Shown here piece by piece: positions 37,712 through 51,879 of a stretch of 64,000 nucleotides of DNA. The stretch comes from Catajapyx aquilonaris (Eukaryota), in NCBI GenBank assembly GCA_000934665.2, contig JYFJ02001425.1:1-64000 (forward strand), read 5' to 3'. Every line of letters starts with the position of its first letter. The stretch's first letter is position 1. The notes beneath the pieces are model-generated. The model did no database searches, was not told the origin of the DNA, and was given only the letters and a program-made list of their open reading frames with translations. The position numbers were made by a program, and so were the translations under genes.

Positions 37712-40700
37712 GTGAGTGCCACAGAGCCGTTGGATGGGGCTTGTGGGTCACTGCCCCCAGGTCATGGCTCCTCCTGTAAAGAGGGGCAAAAAAAAAAAAA
37801 ATCTAGATCGCATTAAGTCAGCGGCTTTGCAAAAAGCAGGATTTTAATACCAAATTTTTCAACTGGCCTGGGGTCACTGGAGCAGCCCGCATGATGATGT
37901 CGACTCATAATTCACCAAGGTGTACATTTTTTCCCACACTCCGGGGCTCGTCCAGCGGGATTTCTCGAGGCGCAGGTGGACCCTGCGTATATCTATGTAC
38001 AAAAAAAAAAAGAGAAGAAGAGGTAATGAGGGAGGGATGTCTCACGCTGTTGAGATGCGACTGGAATCGCAGAATTGTTGGCTGCTTGCGCCACTGGGGG
38101 TCCCTGCCCACACACGTGGATTTTTGCGTGTTTCCGATATTTTGGTGGGGTCCCCTCATTTGTGCGGAGGACACTCCACCTGCCTCGTCTTCTTTTTGGT
38201 GTATGAACCCCCCGTGGCAGGTGGTAGTCAGTTGGCCCCCGGGGGTGCCAGATGGACGGCCGCGGATGACCTGCCCCCTGCTTCATCCTCAAGGGCTTCC
38301 CACCATCTCTCGAAGGCACCATTTAGAGGAGTAGGCTGCGGCCTTGGCCCTTTCGTGATGCTGAAGAGGGGCCCGGGCGATGACGCCATTTTTTCCCGCG
38401 AACCCATGTGGTAAAATTTGTATTTGGGAGCGTGGAATACCTTTCCTGCAACACCAAGGAGTCGTTGCCCAAGGGTCTTTGCTCCCTAGGCCCCGGAGGC
38501 TGGCCACGACCGCGTGATGGGAAGGAGGATGAAGATGAGATGGAAGGTTTTGTCTTTTTTTCCCCTCTTGTTGTTGGGTCCGTGTTGTGCCCACAGGGGC
38601 GGTGACTGCCATTGTCCAGTGTGCAGCAAGACAGGAAGGCACTTTTGCGACACCGCATTCGATGTGAAGATGCGCTTTTGCTCCCTCTGGGACCTGGTCC
38701 GTTCATCCACTTCTGGACCTTGATGTGGGAGGAGCGGGGTGAAACCTTCCTAAGCAAAGCTTTGGAAACTGGCATCTGAGTCAATTACCTGGTGGCTCAG
38801 CCCGGAGGAGGATTAGAAGAGGAGAGAAAAAGCGGTCCAGTCGTGCCTTCCCCCCCCCCCCCNCAACCCCAACACACACTCTCTTGCCTCTCCCTCCTCT
38901 TCTCTCTCATCCCCGGCCATCTCCTCCAATTCGGCCCTTCCCCCAGAGGAACCTTACATCGGCGGAATGGCCCCCTAAAAGTGGGCAACTTCTCGGATCG
39001 TACGGCCGTAGCCCATGCATTAAAGAGCCCTTGCCTTAGGTCGTAAGGCTGGCCGACACTGCCCCCCAAGCTGGACCATGTCACGGACCTTTTTGCAACT
39101 TATCATTTATCACCGCTTGGGAAAAAAGATGTGGCCCATTTATAAGGCGATTTCCGTGTCTTCTTCCAGAAAGAACGGAAAGCAGAAAAAAAAATTAAAG
39201 AAATAAAATGTTAGTGATCGAGATCTTTTGGCGATGGGTATAATCAAGGCGGATCGAAGGCCAGGAAGCACCGCATGCAATCTAAGCTCCGGGCGAATTT
39301 TACCAGCTGGAAGATTGCCCTCCGGGGTTTGTGGTCCCCGCTATCTCAGTTGCATAGTTCATCTCCCGAACCTACCACCCACCATCAGACGAAAAAAGAT
39401 CGCGAGCGCAAAAAAAAAAAAAAAATCAATCTACGTGCTTCCTACAGGATCGTGGTACATGCCATACATCTCCATCCACTTAGGTGGTGGTTCACTTCCT
39501 AAGGGCACGTACAACAGCCGTGTCGACATTTATTAGTTGTCGAGCTCTCCCAATATTCGGCACGGATCCCGCCCAGTAACCTCCGTGTTCGCAAAATCCG
39601 CGAACACGGAGCAGCAGCCAGAGAAAAAAAAATGGCGTTTCATAATGGATGCTAGGAGTGGTCATGCGAAAAACGAGGGGCGTACACTGAAATGCGGTGC
39701 AAGTGTATTATTCAAGTGAGAGGTGTGCGTGCGTCACATATATTTTGACCATTTGTGTGACTTGTTCTGTCAGCGGTCCTATATGCCTTGGAAGTCGTCT
39801 GTCGACCAGTGTCCACCTTACTTTCGGCTAGTTTCATCCCCCCCCCCCCTCCTCCCCCTTTAGCGATGGGGGCTAATTGAGGCGCGCGGGTCCGAGCAGC
39901 GGGGCCCCTGCGGCAATCGAGCCCCATTACTGGCCTGTAATCACCATTAGGGGGCTTTGCCGCGGCCGCCGCCGAGGTATCATTTGCCCGGCGCGCCTTA
40001 TTGATTAAAATAATGCCGTTTGATTAGGCCCCCTCGCGTGACGTCGACCCAGGCCAACCTAACCCCCTATATATATACCTAACCCGCAGGACCCACCTAC
40101 CCCGCACCTCCTACTGACCCCGGACAGGTCCCACCCCTCATCAAAAATGTCATTACCACGGAGGTGGATCCGTGATTTAGGAAATTGGCAGTCTGGATGC
40201 CTGTATGTCGACCAGTTTTTCTTATTGAGTGATATTCAGATGGCCTTGCACAAAACCCGGATTAAAATATTGCTGGAAGTTGACTTAAAAGTGGTCTTTG
40301 CGTGCGTTAATGACGGGTTGCCCCGTATGGATTTGTTGCTTTTTCGCACGCCAACTAAGGGCAGGAAACTAGAAAAATTAAAGACGTGTCGAAAAATGGC
40401 ACCATTTGTCCAGCAAGAATCACGTGGGAATCCTAGCCAGTTGCATACAAGGCAGGATAGAAATTGTCATGAAACTGGTTTTATTTTGGCAGCCACAAGA
40501 GATGAGTGTCCTGTTCCCAGCAAAAGTCCGGTGTAGTAAATCACCCCTTTTCGTTCATAGCCCCGTAATTCAACTTTCGTCCAATTAACCCCGACGAGCA
40601 GTCGAGGCAGTAAAGGAACTCTTTTATGGATTGCTAAGATCACGAGCTGAGCCTGCCATCACCTGTCGTCGTCTCTTTTGCTGGCAACAAGTCAGGGTTG

Positions 40701-41976
40701 GCGGCACTGGCGACAGATCCGGCAACCCGATGGGTCCCCAAATTAGCGGACAAACATGTTTACCGTATTTCGCTTTGAAACCGCTGGCGTGGATGGTCAT
40801 TTGGTAAATTTGTTTGCGGTGTAATTGGCTCAATGCGCCACTACACGCGGATGGTAATTGGCCATCCCCTTTTTTTCGAACCTGTCTCCCTGTTGTTTAG
40901 TGGATCCGATTGTTTTGTGGGTTTATAGGTGAGTGACCTCGTCTTTTTTTCTACCCCCCATCCACCTCCCCCAACGAATGACCGGGACATTAAACGGGTG
41001 CTGCTTTTCTTCCGAGATTTACTACCTTTCTCGGCGTGATGGGTGGACTTGACTGGGGCTCCGGGATTGATGGCAACTTCAATGGGGGCATGAAAAAGTA
41101 TCGCCTCTCGACAAGTCTCTCGGGGAGGAAAAAAAAAAAAAAATACGGATATGCAGAAACAGCCCGCACGAGCTTGCTACAGGTCCTCCCAAAAAATCAG
41201 TTATCGGCCCCAGCTTCCCACATCTCATGCTGTCCAGACCTGGATGTTTAAATCATTGCGGCTGCTGGCCAGTTTCGCAATAATTTACTGCTTATCAATT
41301 ATCAAGCAGGTGGGTGTCACGAGACTTTCGATCCGCCACAGATGCTCCGTGATAGGGCATTAAGGTGATTAAGTTATGGATTTTCTACCGAACCTAGTTT
41401 TTCTTCGTCTCGGGGGTGAACTCACGATGGCACCGTGAAACCTGCTGTTTTGCGGTAAAATGTATAGTCTACACTTATGCGCCTTATTTGAGATGGTCTG
41501 GCTGGTAGTAAAGACACCATACTGAGAGCAAGGAGAAAAAAGCGTTTTAAAAAGACAAGAGGTACTTGTGTTTGACAAGCATGCCTGGACATTCCAGCGG
41601 TTCTTGTTTAATTCCTGCAAAGTGGAGCAGAAAAGACCCAAAGCGTGACATCCATTGGTAAATGCGGAAAAAGAACGTGAGAAACCGCGGGCCAGCAGTT
41701 GGGGGCATTCCTGCTGATTGTCATTATATGGAAACGTCGCCAAGAAACTAGCGAGGTGCTCGGCCCTATGATCTTCCTCAACAACTTTTTGTGAACCTCC
41801 CCCCACAGTTTAATCCTCTCTTCCAGCACCTCATTTTTACGGCACTACTCCGGACTTTGATAAGGCACAACACGATGGGCCCCTAAATTTGCGAGAGGCT
41901 GGGGGTTAATGGGGGTAAACCTCTACGAATCCAGGGTGAACAACTGAACCAGAGATCACCATTACTCTTACTGTAG

Positions 41977-42134
41977 GGAGAACCACTGCGAAATTGAGCG
42001 GCGGCGGCGGAACAAGATGACGGCCTACATCACGGAGCTGTCCGACATGGTGCCCACATGCAGCGCCCTGGCACGAAAACCGGACAAGCTGACCATCCTC
42101 CGCATGGCCGTGGCTCACATGAAGGCCCTCCGAG
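41977..42134 (+). CDS. tgo: ARNT/tango bHLH exon
   Basis: [53 protein letters not shown]; ctgtag| ... |gtaagg. Confidence 0.99.
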
Positions 42135-45100
42135 GTAAGGTATCCTGTCTTGTTGGCAGCGACTGCTCTCCTATTATATAAGGTTTTGTTTATGCAAGGA
42201 GCGCCTCTCTCTTTGGGGGCTATTAAAGCCGGCAGTATTAATCTGTATCGAGGGAGGTCATTAGCGGGGATGGTGAGGGGGATATCAAAAGGCTGGACCA
42301 GGTTGCTAGCAATGGCCGCATCTTCACGACTTTCAGTTTTTTTTTCTTGTATGCTGGGACTTTCCTTTTTTCCCTGGCGGAGTGGTGTGGAAATTATGCA
42401 GGGGGTGAGAACTGATGCTGTAAAACTGGGCGCATGGTGTTATGATTTGGGAGATTGTTTGCAAATTGAGGCGCTTCCCACGTTTTTTGGTGGTTTTTAA
42501 GGCTGATTTAGATGTACCGGTGAAACTGCATACCTGCGGTAACCCATTGCGGGGCTTTATTGGTACAAGATCATTCGACACGTTTCCAACACAATGTTGT
42601 AAAGACGAGCACTGCTCCAGTTTCACACAAAGCATTATTGGAGCCTGCTGTACGCGATCAGTAAATGTTACATCAGCAGTACTTGGTGTTTTGGCTTTTG
42701 TTGCACTGTCTGCCTTGAATATTACCGTTGAGACGTGACGAAGGGATAAATGTCCTAGTGCCACCGGGTCTTATCACACAGTTAAAGTCAACAAGTTAGT
42801 ATATGACAGCCAGCTTCTCCTGCCATTATAAGTGGGCCTATTAGGTGCTTCAGGTAAAGGCGGCCAGTTTCTTGTGCTCCCTATTGGGAAAGCTTGCCCT
42901 TCCCTATCCCCGAAAAAAAAGAAGAAGAGAGAAAGAGGTAGATGTTACCCCGGTAAGCTTCACCTCCACCTTCTTCTCTCCAGCAAGGGCGGTCTTAGGA
43001 ACGAGGAAGCCGGGCGGCGGGAATTGAATTGAGGCGCGGAATAGGCATTACGGGTTTCCCTTTTCTCCTGCCTCGCCGGGAGAATCCGAGTGGAATTCGA
43101 TCCCAACGGAGCGCGAGGAGAGCCCGAGAAAGGAAAGATGGGGGGCACCTTCATGAAGGGAGAGAGAGAGAGAAGATAGAAAAAAAAGAGAGAGCCATCA
43201 TCCCACCTCACACTCGATTTTTGCCCCTCCTTCATCCCCCCCAGTCCTCTTATTAACTTGATTCCAAAGGACAAGAATGTTGGTATGCTCGTCGCGTCCG
43301 ACTTTGGCTTCCTAATAGGAGGGGGTGTAATGGCGAAATTAGATGTAAAAGCCTGGTCACTGATTTCCTAACCAAATGGTTCCTAATTTTGCGTTATTTC
43401 CTCCCCACCCGGCAGGTTTTTCCCTCCGGAGCGAGAAGCGACAAACTTCCTTCAGATGAAATATTGGCGATACGTTCACTTTATGAGCTCGTAATTCATG
43501 GGCGTGACCTTTACGGGTGTGCTTTTGGGGGGAACTGCATCATAACAGCGGCAACAAAATGGAAATGATGGTGGTTTCAGCAACTGCGGGATGGTTGTTC
43601 TCTGTTTCCCTTTTTTTTGCGGTACTCTGCACCCTAACCTCCCAATCGTTGGGTTGTGTTAATTCGAACCTTTGGTGCTTTCAAATCGTATGCAAATTTA
43701 CCTTGATTTGATCCGATCTCATAAGGGGAAATTTTGATGTCGTTTCGCTCCCACCTTCTTCTCTCTCTCTTTTTTTTATATTTCTGGCTGAGGGGAGTCT
43801 TCTGCCGAGCGAGTGATTGGGCAAATTCCATCCGAGTGGTTGTCATGGAGGGAAGTAAACGAATGCTTGATGATACAGGAAGGCAGGAAGCGTTGCAGGG
43901 GGCGGTTGGGAGATAGGCTGCTTTCCTAATTGAAGCCTCCGGGTTGGCAGCCATGAATATTTCAGTCCTTCTGGGAGAGAGACAAGGCGCCATGCAGATG
44001 CAAGGCTTTGATCTGAGGAGGAGGGGATGGGGAGGGCTTCGATTCTGCTGCCAAGGCTTCAAACTCTATAGGGGAAGAAAAGGGGCTTTTTTCGCCGGAT
44101 TCTGCTCTCAAGCGGCTCTCTTTGAGGCCCAATAAGATGGGAGGGGGAGAAAAGAAGAGGCTGCTGGCGCAAATGTATCTTCAAAGTCCTCAGAAGTGTA
44201 AAACTGGTTCTTTTTGTGCAGGTAAAGTGATGGTCAAAATGCAAGCGCAATTTCAGGGGGGGGTTTACGTCACCATGGCGAATGAGTTGTGCGCAGGTCG
44301 GGCAAAGTTTTGGAAAATGATTCGTCCCAACGACGTGGTCTCGCTCCGGAAATGATGGAGGAGGTATTCGTGAGGCACGAAATCGTCCAAACCTCGCAAT
44401 TCGAACTTTAATTTTCCTCCCCCTACAAACTCCGGAGCCTGTGATTGCAGGGCCCCTCTCCTCTTTTTGGGGGTTCCCCCGGAGGGAATTATCCAGGACT
44501 GAGACAAAAAGGCAAAGCAGGAAAATCAGTCTCTTTGCGGAATGATTTGGACCTATTATCATGTTGTTAGTGAGGATCGTTGGGATGACTCACTTGTGTA
44601 CAATGGACTTGTAATGAGTAGGTAGGGAATGGTCGGAATTCAAATGGGTTCAAGTGGATCACAGGTTTTACCCGGAATAGGTAAAATATGACGAATCATT
44701 TTATAATGGATTTTGTCATCTTAAGAAGAGACGAATTTTGAGCCCTTGTTGTGTCTACTGGCAAAGTAGGTCTGAGATTATTTTTGGGGAGGAAGATGGC
44801 AAAAACCGTGGCGTAATGTACGGTCACGAGGAGCACGATGACCTCGAGAAGGGGTCATCCCCTGCCGGAAGGCAGGAAAAGGTATGCCGTCCACGCTTCT
44901 TCCAGCGGGAAGGAATATTTTACCCTGATTGCCATCTCGGTTTCTTTTGTGCCTTAGCGGAACTTCTTCATGACGTGTGTCAGGCTGGACGCGGCGAACT
45001 TGCAATTTAAGAGCGACGAGTGAGATATTGCGAGGCCACATTTTATTCGAAAGTGAGTCATAACAGGGTGGGGAAGGGGATAAAATATATACAGCAAAAG

Positions 45101-47070
45101 CTTTGCATGGCCGCAAAAATGCGGACAGCCATATTTCAATTTGGCTACATTTTTGCAAAGTTGCCTGCAAGGTATGGTGTTAATCAAAATCCGCCATCTA
45201 TAGCGTGGGTTGCCTTCCAAGGACCGACTTAGCTATTCGGGCCGTGCACCGAGATCATAACCAGTGTTAAATATTTCACACGACATACAAAAGGCGATAA
45301 GTGAACATCCTGCGAGGTGAAAAGGGCACACGCAGCGAATTAGCATGCAATTATAACAATGAACAATAACAGTTACATTTCATTTACATTCATTCACGGC
45401 TTGTCCCTATACATAATTGTATAGGAAGTCAGCATTGATTTAATATGGGAGTTGTCGCCGTTGCTTCCAGCGTGTGCCAATTGCCAAAACTAGTCTTCCG
45501 AAAACGACTCCCAAACTCATGTTCAGCGATATTTGTCGGTTCTGTTGGGCCTCGGCGGGGGAGAAATCTCAATCTGGAGAAAGAGAAGAATGAGCCTCAG
45601 GAGGGCCAGTACAGCAACAAGTGGCGAATGGACGCCGTCCCTTCTGATGAGGCACCAAACCGGCCAAGAGAAGAGAGAGCCCTTCTTTCCTTCTGGGGCT
45701 GCCTTGGTTTCAATGGCTGTTGGCCAGCTAATTTGCTGACGGGGGGCCCTTTGCACCTGATGGATGGCCCTGCTTATTGAGGAAGGCGGCCCGGAAAATC
45801 ACTGCCTGTCTAATGGCGCCTCTGGCCACACACGCACAAAAAAAATAGGTGCTTCTCACCCCGGTAGATATTCGCGAAAGTGTGTCCTTTTGCTGCACTA
45901 ATTTTAATTCCGTGTAAAGCAAAAATAAACATCTCCGTCTAACTAACAAGTGTCGCTCGAGCCCCTTCGCCGCGACACGTGTGTTTGATACGATCGTTTC
46001 ACGTCACAATTGTGGCTGCTTGTGACGCCGTTCCTGGCTCATTATCTGATAATGGTTCTACCTTTTCTTGCCGCCCATGCCATCGCCTGAATCCTAATCT
46101 TTAATGCAGCTCCCTTTTTCCACGGAACAAACTGGATCTGCCGTGTCAGTAGAACGGAACAAATCTTGATGGCCCAACTATTTTGATGCTTTGTCAAATA
46201 TATTGCCTGGTAATGGATTAGAAATTAATGAGAAGTGTCGTGTTTTTAAAAAAAACTTTAAAATGAGGACAGTATTTTACTGGAGTACAAGTCTGGAATA
46301 CCAGACTGGAGTCTGGCTATGCATATCTGCCTGCGAACTTCCCTTGTTCTTTTTCTATAGCTTCACCCCCAACGCTTTTTTTTCTCTCTCTTTCTCCCTC
46401 CTCCTCGCTTTAAAACCTAATGGGTCTGCAGCGCGTTAATTTGCCTCGTGCCAATTTGCACCGCGAGTGTAGCTCATTTGCTGGGCTGCGAGGCATGCAT
46501 ATATTTTGCGGGAATTCTTTAATTAAAAAGCTTAAATAATTTTTGCCTGTCGGCTCCGGGGAACGGGAAGAGGCGTTTAACCAGCACTTATTGCTCTCTT
46601 TTTTTTGTTCTTTCTCATTCTTGTCGTCCGTTGCATTTTAAATTGCAGTCGTCTTGGAGTTGTTTTGGAGACGTCGCTGGGTGTTTTATCGGGGGAGGGA
46701 AGCGGCATGATTTAAAGCTGATTAGCACCGTTTTAATTAAAGCGTGGCAGTTAGTTCGCAAGTTTGAAGCTTCAGATTGCGATGTTCAGTCCGCATTCAA
46801 TCGAAAAACCTGCATCCAATTTTCTGGGCGCCTAACCCATTTCCAACCCTCCAGCTCTCTTCTTTGCAGACTCCGCTCCAAAGAAATGAAACAGGGAGAG
46901 AGGAAGGATCGTATCGTAAATTCAAGGATAATTAGGCGAGTGTCGCGGTGGCCGCGTGAAATTTCGTTTATATTCATTTAGCAGGCGAGGAGCTGTTCAT
47001 TTGTTTTAGGAAAGGTGCGATTTGTATGCCTGGAACGGGAAGGGTGGGTGGGGAAAAAGGGGGGGAGGGA

Positions 47071-47073
<3 letters not shown>

Positions 47074-47113
<40 letters not shown>
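47074..47113. repeat. (GA)n microsatellite
   Basis: About 20 AG units. Confidence 0.95.
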
Positions 47114-47115
<2 letters not shown>

Positions 47116-48980
47116 GGAGCTAGAATCATTCCAAAAGGGCTGGGAAAAGCAAGGGAACAGTTTTGTCCAGGTTTCTTCCCGACCGTTTTAAAATTAAAAT
47201 TATTGCCTTAAAAATACGTATACGATTGCAGCTAGTTGAATGTGATCATGAGGAATGTGCCGCAGTGGTGCGGTTCAGGCGACGTTTGATCTGTTCGGAG
47301 TGATTCTGTTGGGTGGTGGGGTTGGAGTTTGGTATAGGGTGTGTGTAGATGTACAGGGATGCTGCGAATCCCACACCTAACCCCCTCCCATCACCACCTC
47401 CGATTCCACATCCCTCTCCTGTGGGTCATGCAGCATTCATGGCAGTCGGTGGAGAACAAAGCCGCATACCAACTGGGGAGGGACAGCCTGCATCCGTTTC
47501 GGCTACCTCTTTTTTTAGGGAGGTAGAAGGGGGGCATTCTCCCTCTGTTCCTATTTTGGCAACCCCCCCTCTTTTCTACTAGATGCCCAAACAGTGGCGC
47601 ACTGTGTAAATTTGCTCTGTGCTGGCCATCAACTTTTAGGTGGATGGAGTTGCATGTCGTGCTGTCACCGATAGGAAAAAATTACTCTTGGATTTTGTTT
47701 TTTTTGTAGACCGTGGGGGCCAGGTCGGAGGTGGGTTCCATCCATATCGACGGGGACGATTCGTGGAAACTGCTGCGTGTCGAAACCGACTTTCGTGACA
47801 ATACCGGGCGATATGAACCTCCCCTCTCCCATGGGCAACTAAAAAAGCACAAATCTTGCGGCGAGGCATGGAATCACATATAAATAAAAATATGTGCGCC
47901 ATTTTGAAACACCCCCCCACTCCCAATACATAGTTCGATCGGATTAAAGGCAATCAACCACCTCCTTCCACCTGCCCGCTTAGTCATGAATGAGACTTTC
48001 GCGTGGGGGTCTTAGAGAGACCCCCAATGCGTGTCGCATGGCCCGGAGCTTCCTGTTCCGAAGGACCGCGACCATTTATCAGGCCTGATTAGTCTGCAGG
48101 CAATCACGGTACCCAGACATGGCAGGTCATGGGGAGGGGGACTTTTTTTTTGTATTTTTTTTCTTTCTAGACAAGTACGTACGAATATTGTTTTAGTACA
48201 TGACGTCACGGGGCATTAGCCTGGCATGGCCTGATCTGATATTTTTTGGACACCCTCCCCCCCTTAGCTCCCTTGGGGCATCGCTTTCTGGGAAATCGGA
48301 GTAATAAAATTGAAACAGGTCACGAATCCTACCACCGCAGTGTCCTTCAATTTGGTCGTTGTTTAGCTGCATTGCCTGCCCCCTCTGGGGGGGACGGTTT
48401 ATGACTGCCGCCGGTGTAATTATGTGGATCTAGCGAATTTTTGCGCATGCAACAAAGTGTAGGGGCTTGAAACTTGCAGATGACTTGGCCCATGTCAAAA
48501 GTCAGGGATGGGTGTTAATTGAGACGCGGTTCACGCAGCCAGGAAATGACGGCGGCTGGCGAGGTGTTATTCGATTGGTGTTGGGTTGGATACGGCCCAT
48601 GCAATTTGTCTCAGGGTCCGTAACCCCCTTTAACCCCCGCATCCGTCCGAAATAAAGATCAGCTCGGGCCCAACAGTGCATCGCTCTTTTATTAGGAGGG
48701 GGCCGCCTTGCTACATTGTTGCTGGCCGTTGTCGGAGGGAGGGTAATGATTGACGAAAGGCCATTCTTTTTGGGGAGGGGACAATTCTGGAGGAAGGGAG
48801 GAAAGGTCGTTAGTGAGAGCTGCCAGGAGATGCAACAGCTGGCGAGATTTATTGCCTGCTCCTGGCATGCCAGGGTGTTATATAGGGAGGGGCCGGCCCT
48901 CTTGTAATAGAAGTCAGGCGCCCAGCCGTCTGCCAAAAGCCTAAGTGTGGCCTCAATCCGATTTGTTGTCAGCGCGGGTA

Positions 48981-49013
48981 GATGGATGGATGGATGGATG
49001 GATGGGTGGATGG
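48981..49013. repeat. (GATG)n microsatellite just upstream of the PAS-A exon
   Basis: gatggatggatggatggatggatgggtggatgg. Confidence 0.85.
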
Positions 49014-49071
49014 GTGGTGGTATGCATGTGTCCGTACGCCAATTAAACGAATGCCTACTCTTGTTGGCCAG

Positions 49072-49244
49072 GAACAGGGAACACCAGCAGCGATGGAACA
49101 TATAAGCCTTCCTTCTTGACGGACCAGGAGTTGAAGCACCTCATTCTGGAGGCTGCGGACGGGTTCCTCTTCGTGGTGGCCTGCGACACTGGACGAATCA
49201 TATATGTCTCGGATTCGGTGGCGCCCGTGCTCAACCAAGCACAG
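49072..49244 (+). CDS. tgo: ARNT/tango PAS-A exon
   Basis: [57 protein letters not shown]; ccag| ... |gtgagt, phase 1-0. Confidence 0.99.
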
Positions 49245-49382
49245 GTGAGTCTGCTTTCCATCTCTCAGATCCTGCTAAGTCAGAATGAGGATTTTCCTAT
49301 TGGGAAAGTGTTTCAATGGGATTAGTGCATATCACTTCAATTTGTGCATATCACTTCAATTTGTGCATATTTTTATAATTAA

Positions 49383-50784
49383 CCCCTTCACTCCCAGATC
49401 TAGGCGATGAGATTCGCTTCTGTTCAACTGAAGATACGGACAAGATATTTTTTAAATTTTTTATAAGCTTTACCCCATTAGAGGGAACAGAGCCCTTTTA
49501 GGGGGGTGGATTACCACCATTTTTTCTTACGAAATTTCTTCGCATTTTCTCTCTATAACTATAAGGTGTTTCTGGATGGTTCTTGTAGTTTTGTTACTTC
49601 ACGTGATGCCCCTTACCATGGAGCATGGCGCATGTCCTTCTTGTCCAACCACATATGCAGACTTTCCTTCTTCATAGCTCTTCCATATCACCTTGCATAC
49701 CTCTGGAGGAATGGGCTTACCACATTCAGTGATTGTTATTTTCAGACACAGAGTGCAATGAGTAATGGCATTGTGGCGCAGGGCAAGAGACTTGCACTTT
49801 TTTTTCCCATCTGACACAACTACATCAGCCTGTATTTAACAGTGGGCGAACTTTGTGGCGCGTTTAGCGCTCTGGGCAAACTCCATTGCTCCCGGTGCGC
49901 TAAATAAATAGCCTACTGCCCTATTATTTTTGTTCCACTGACAAATGCATTGATATCTCGCCCCAACATTGCTCTTCCATGTGTCTCGTTAGCATATCAG
50001 TTGTGTGATTAAAACATGATTCCTTCTCAAGTAATTTGTATTTGTAACATCTACAGGGTGTATCAGAGTCACGGGTCAAGCGCGCGCGAGGGGGTGGGGA
50101 AAAATTGTAGGTGGCGACAACCCCGGTCGGTTTTATAAAACAATTTATTTATTACGACCATATGGCGTGACATCACTTCTGTATTCGAATTGACCCCCGT
50201 GGACTGGCAGAGTGCAGTGATTTTAAGCTTCTTGACGGGTTTTTAGCCTTGCGGGTTGCACTGACAAATGCGCTCTCATGCTACACCGGCAGGGTACTGA
50301 ACAAAGTAGTGTACTACTGTACAGTGGTGTGTTCAGTACTCTGCCGGTGTGCGTGAGAGCGCCTTTTTCAGTGCAACCCACAAGGGTAAAAACCCGTCAA
50401 GCATCTTCAAATCACTGCACTCTGCCAGTCCGCGGGGGTCAGTTCGAATACAGAAAGGACGTGATGTCACGCCTTACAGCCGTAATAAATAAATTGATTA
50501 CTGCCGTATTTCTAATTGTTTTATAAAACCGACCGGGGTTGACGCCACCTACGATTTTCCCCACCCCCTCGCGGGCGCTTGACCCGTGACTCTGATACAC
50601 CCTGTATATGCAGGTGATTTTCGTGCTAGGCGAACTTCATTGGTGTTGGGCAATTACAACATGAACATGTAAGGAGCCCTACAGCTGTTATTATTTGTAA
50701 AATACTGTATATTGTCCCTATCGTCAGAGTACGTACAAGTTGAACAGAAGCGAATCTCATCACTGAGATCTGGGAGCAAAGGGC
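49383..50784. mobile_element. piggyBac-like non-autonomous element containing a nested fold-back MITE
   Basis: TTAA|CCCCTTCACTCCCAGATCTAGGCGATGAGATTCGCTTCTGTTCAACT ... AGTTGAACAGAAGCGAATCTCATCACTGAGATCTGGGAGCAAAGGGC|TTAA. Confidence 0.8.
50054..50604. mobile_element. 551-bp almost fully palindromic Tc1/mariner-type MITE
   Basis: TA|CAGGGTGTATCAGAGTCACGGGTCAAGCG ... CGCTTGACCCGTGACTCTGATACACCCTG|TA; the arms pair over roughly 240 bp each. Confidence 0.92.
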
Positions 50785-51611
50785 TTAAGCTGGAGAATGT
50801 CTGACAAGGAACTTGAGGCACCACCTTTCTTTTGAATAATCATTTTGGTGTACTAAAATGACATTTGCGGCTACTATTGGGATGAGGCTAGGTGTGGTTC
50901 TCTCTACCTTTTCTTCCATAAAATTTTAACATGAGTTGTAGCTCTCATTTGTTTGTTGATAATTAGCGGGAAAATGTGTGTTTACCATGAAAGGTATGTT
51001 TAGACTATGGTCGTAATGTTTATTTATATGGTCTTTATTTTCCCAGGGGTCCAACATTTATTATAAGCAATAAAAATATAGGGATGGTATTTTAATAGAA
51101 TGAGCACCAGAACAGGTGTGAGAACTCTGGTTTTCATTCCGGTAAAGCAACATAGGGCCTACTTGCTAAATGAGAGAAAGAGGGATCAAAGAGGAACAAA
51201 ATTGTAATGAAATTGGGATACCACATGATTTGTTTCCCGCCACTCAGGACCTGGGCTTCTAAACTAAGTGGCTAAGAGCTAGATTATCACTGCCATCTTT
51301 GGAAGGAGAAGTATTTTAGGTTAATTGATAGTTTGATATGCACTAATTTTCTTGCCGAATCTAATGTTGATTTTGACACCTAATAAACTCATTTAGTCAC
51401 CAAGACAAGCTCCCACCCTGCTACAAAGGAACTTGGTAAATGTCACTGATAAAATTTGAGGGTGTATTTCACATTAGAGGGTTTTTGCAATTTAGGCTTT
51501 GATCCATTAAATCTGGCATGAGATGAACCTATTTTTAATCATTAATGGTACCAAAATCTGTAAAATAATACATTCAGTAAGTGCTCTACTAATGTTGTAA
51601 CATCTTTTCAG

Positions 51612-51759
51612 AGTGATTGGTTTGGCTCATGCATTTTTGACCACCTTCATGCGGAAGACGTGGAGAAGGTGCGCGAGCAGCTGTCAACGCAAGAGCCCCA
51701 GAACACGGGACGCATCCTTGACCTCAAGACCGGGACCGTCAAAAAGGAAGGGCATCAAT
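51612..51759 (+). CDS. tgo: ARNT/tango PAS-A exon
   Basis: [49 protein letters not shown]; ttttcag| ... |gtcagt, phase 0-1. Confidence 0.98.
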
Positions 51760-51879
51760 GTCAGTACCCAACCCAAACCCCACCCGTAGATCCGTCCTTA
51801 ATGCTGGGGCGTATGTATACTGAGGAGCTTATGATCCTCACGACCATTTTAGTCACTGAACCATTTCCTTGCTCCACAG

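Noticed and set aside
44770..44887. Exon-like purine-rich stretch ending AAG|gtatgc between the bHLH and PAS-A exons
   Set aside because: The phase does not fit the phase-1 intron, and the flanking exons already join into the conserved ALRGTGN sequence.
12900..48900. Numerous 60-230 aa ORFs on both strands within tango introns (e.g. 20838-21494, 21723-22406, 35848-36516, 48502-49101)
   Set aside because: Expected by chance in GC-rich DNA. They have no domains or codon bias, are riddled with homopolymer runs, and some are antisense shadows of real exons.
49326..49369. Short direct repeats (19-bp unit x2; also an ~18-bp repeat at 4726-4763) as CRISPR-like arrays
   Set aside because: Simple two-copy slippage duplications in eukaryotic introns, with no spacer array or cas genes.
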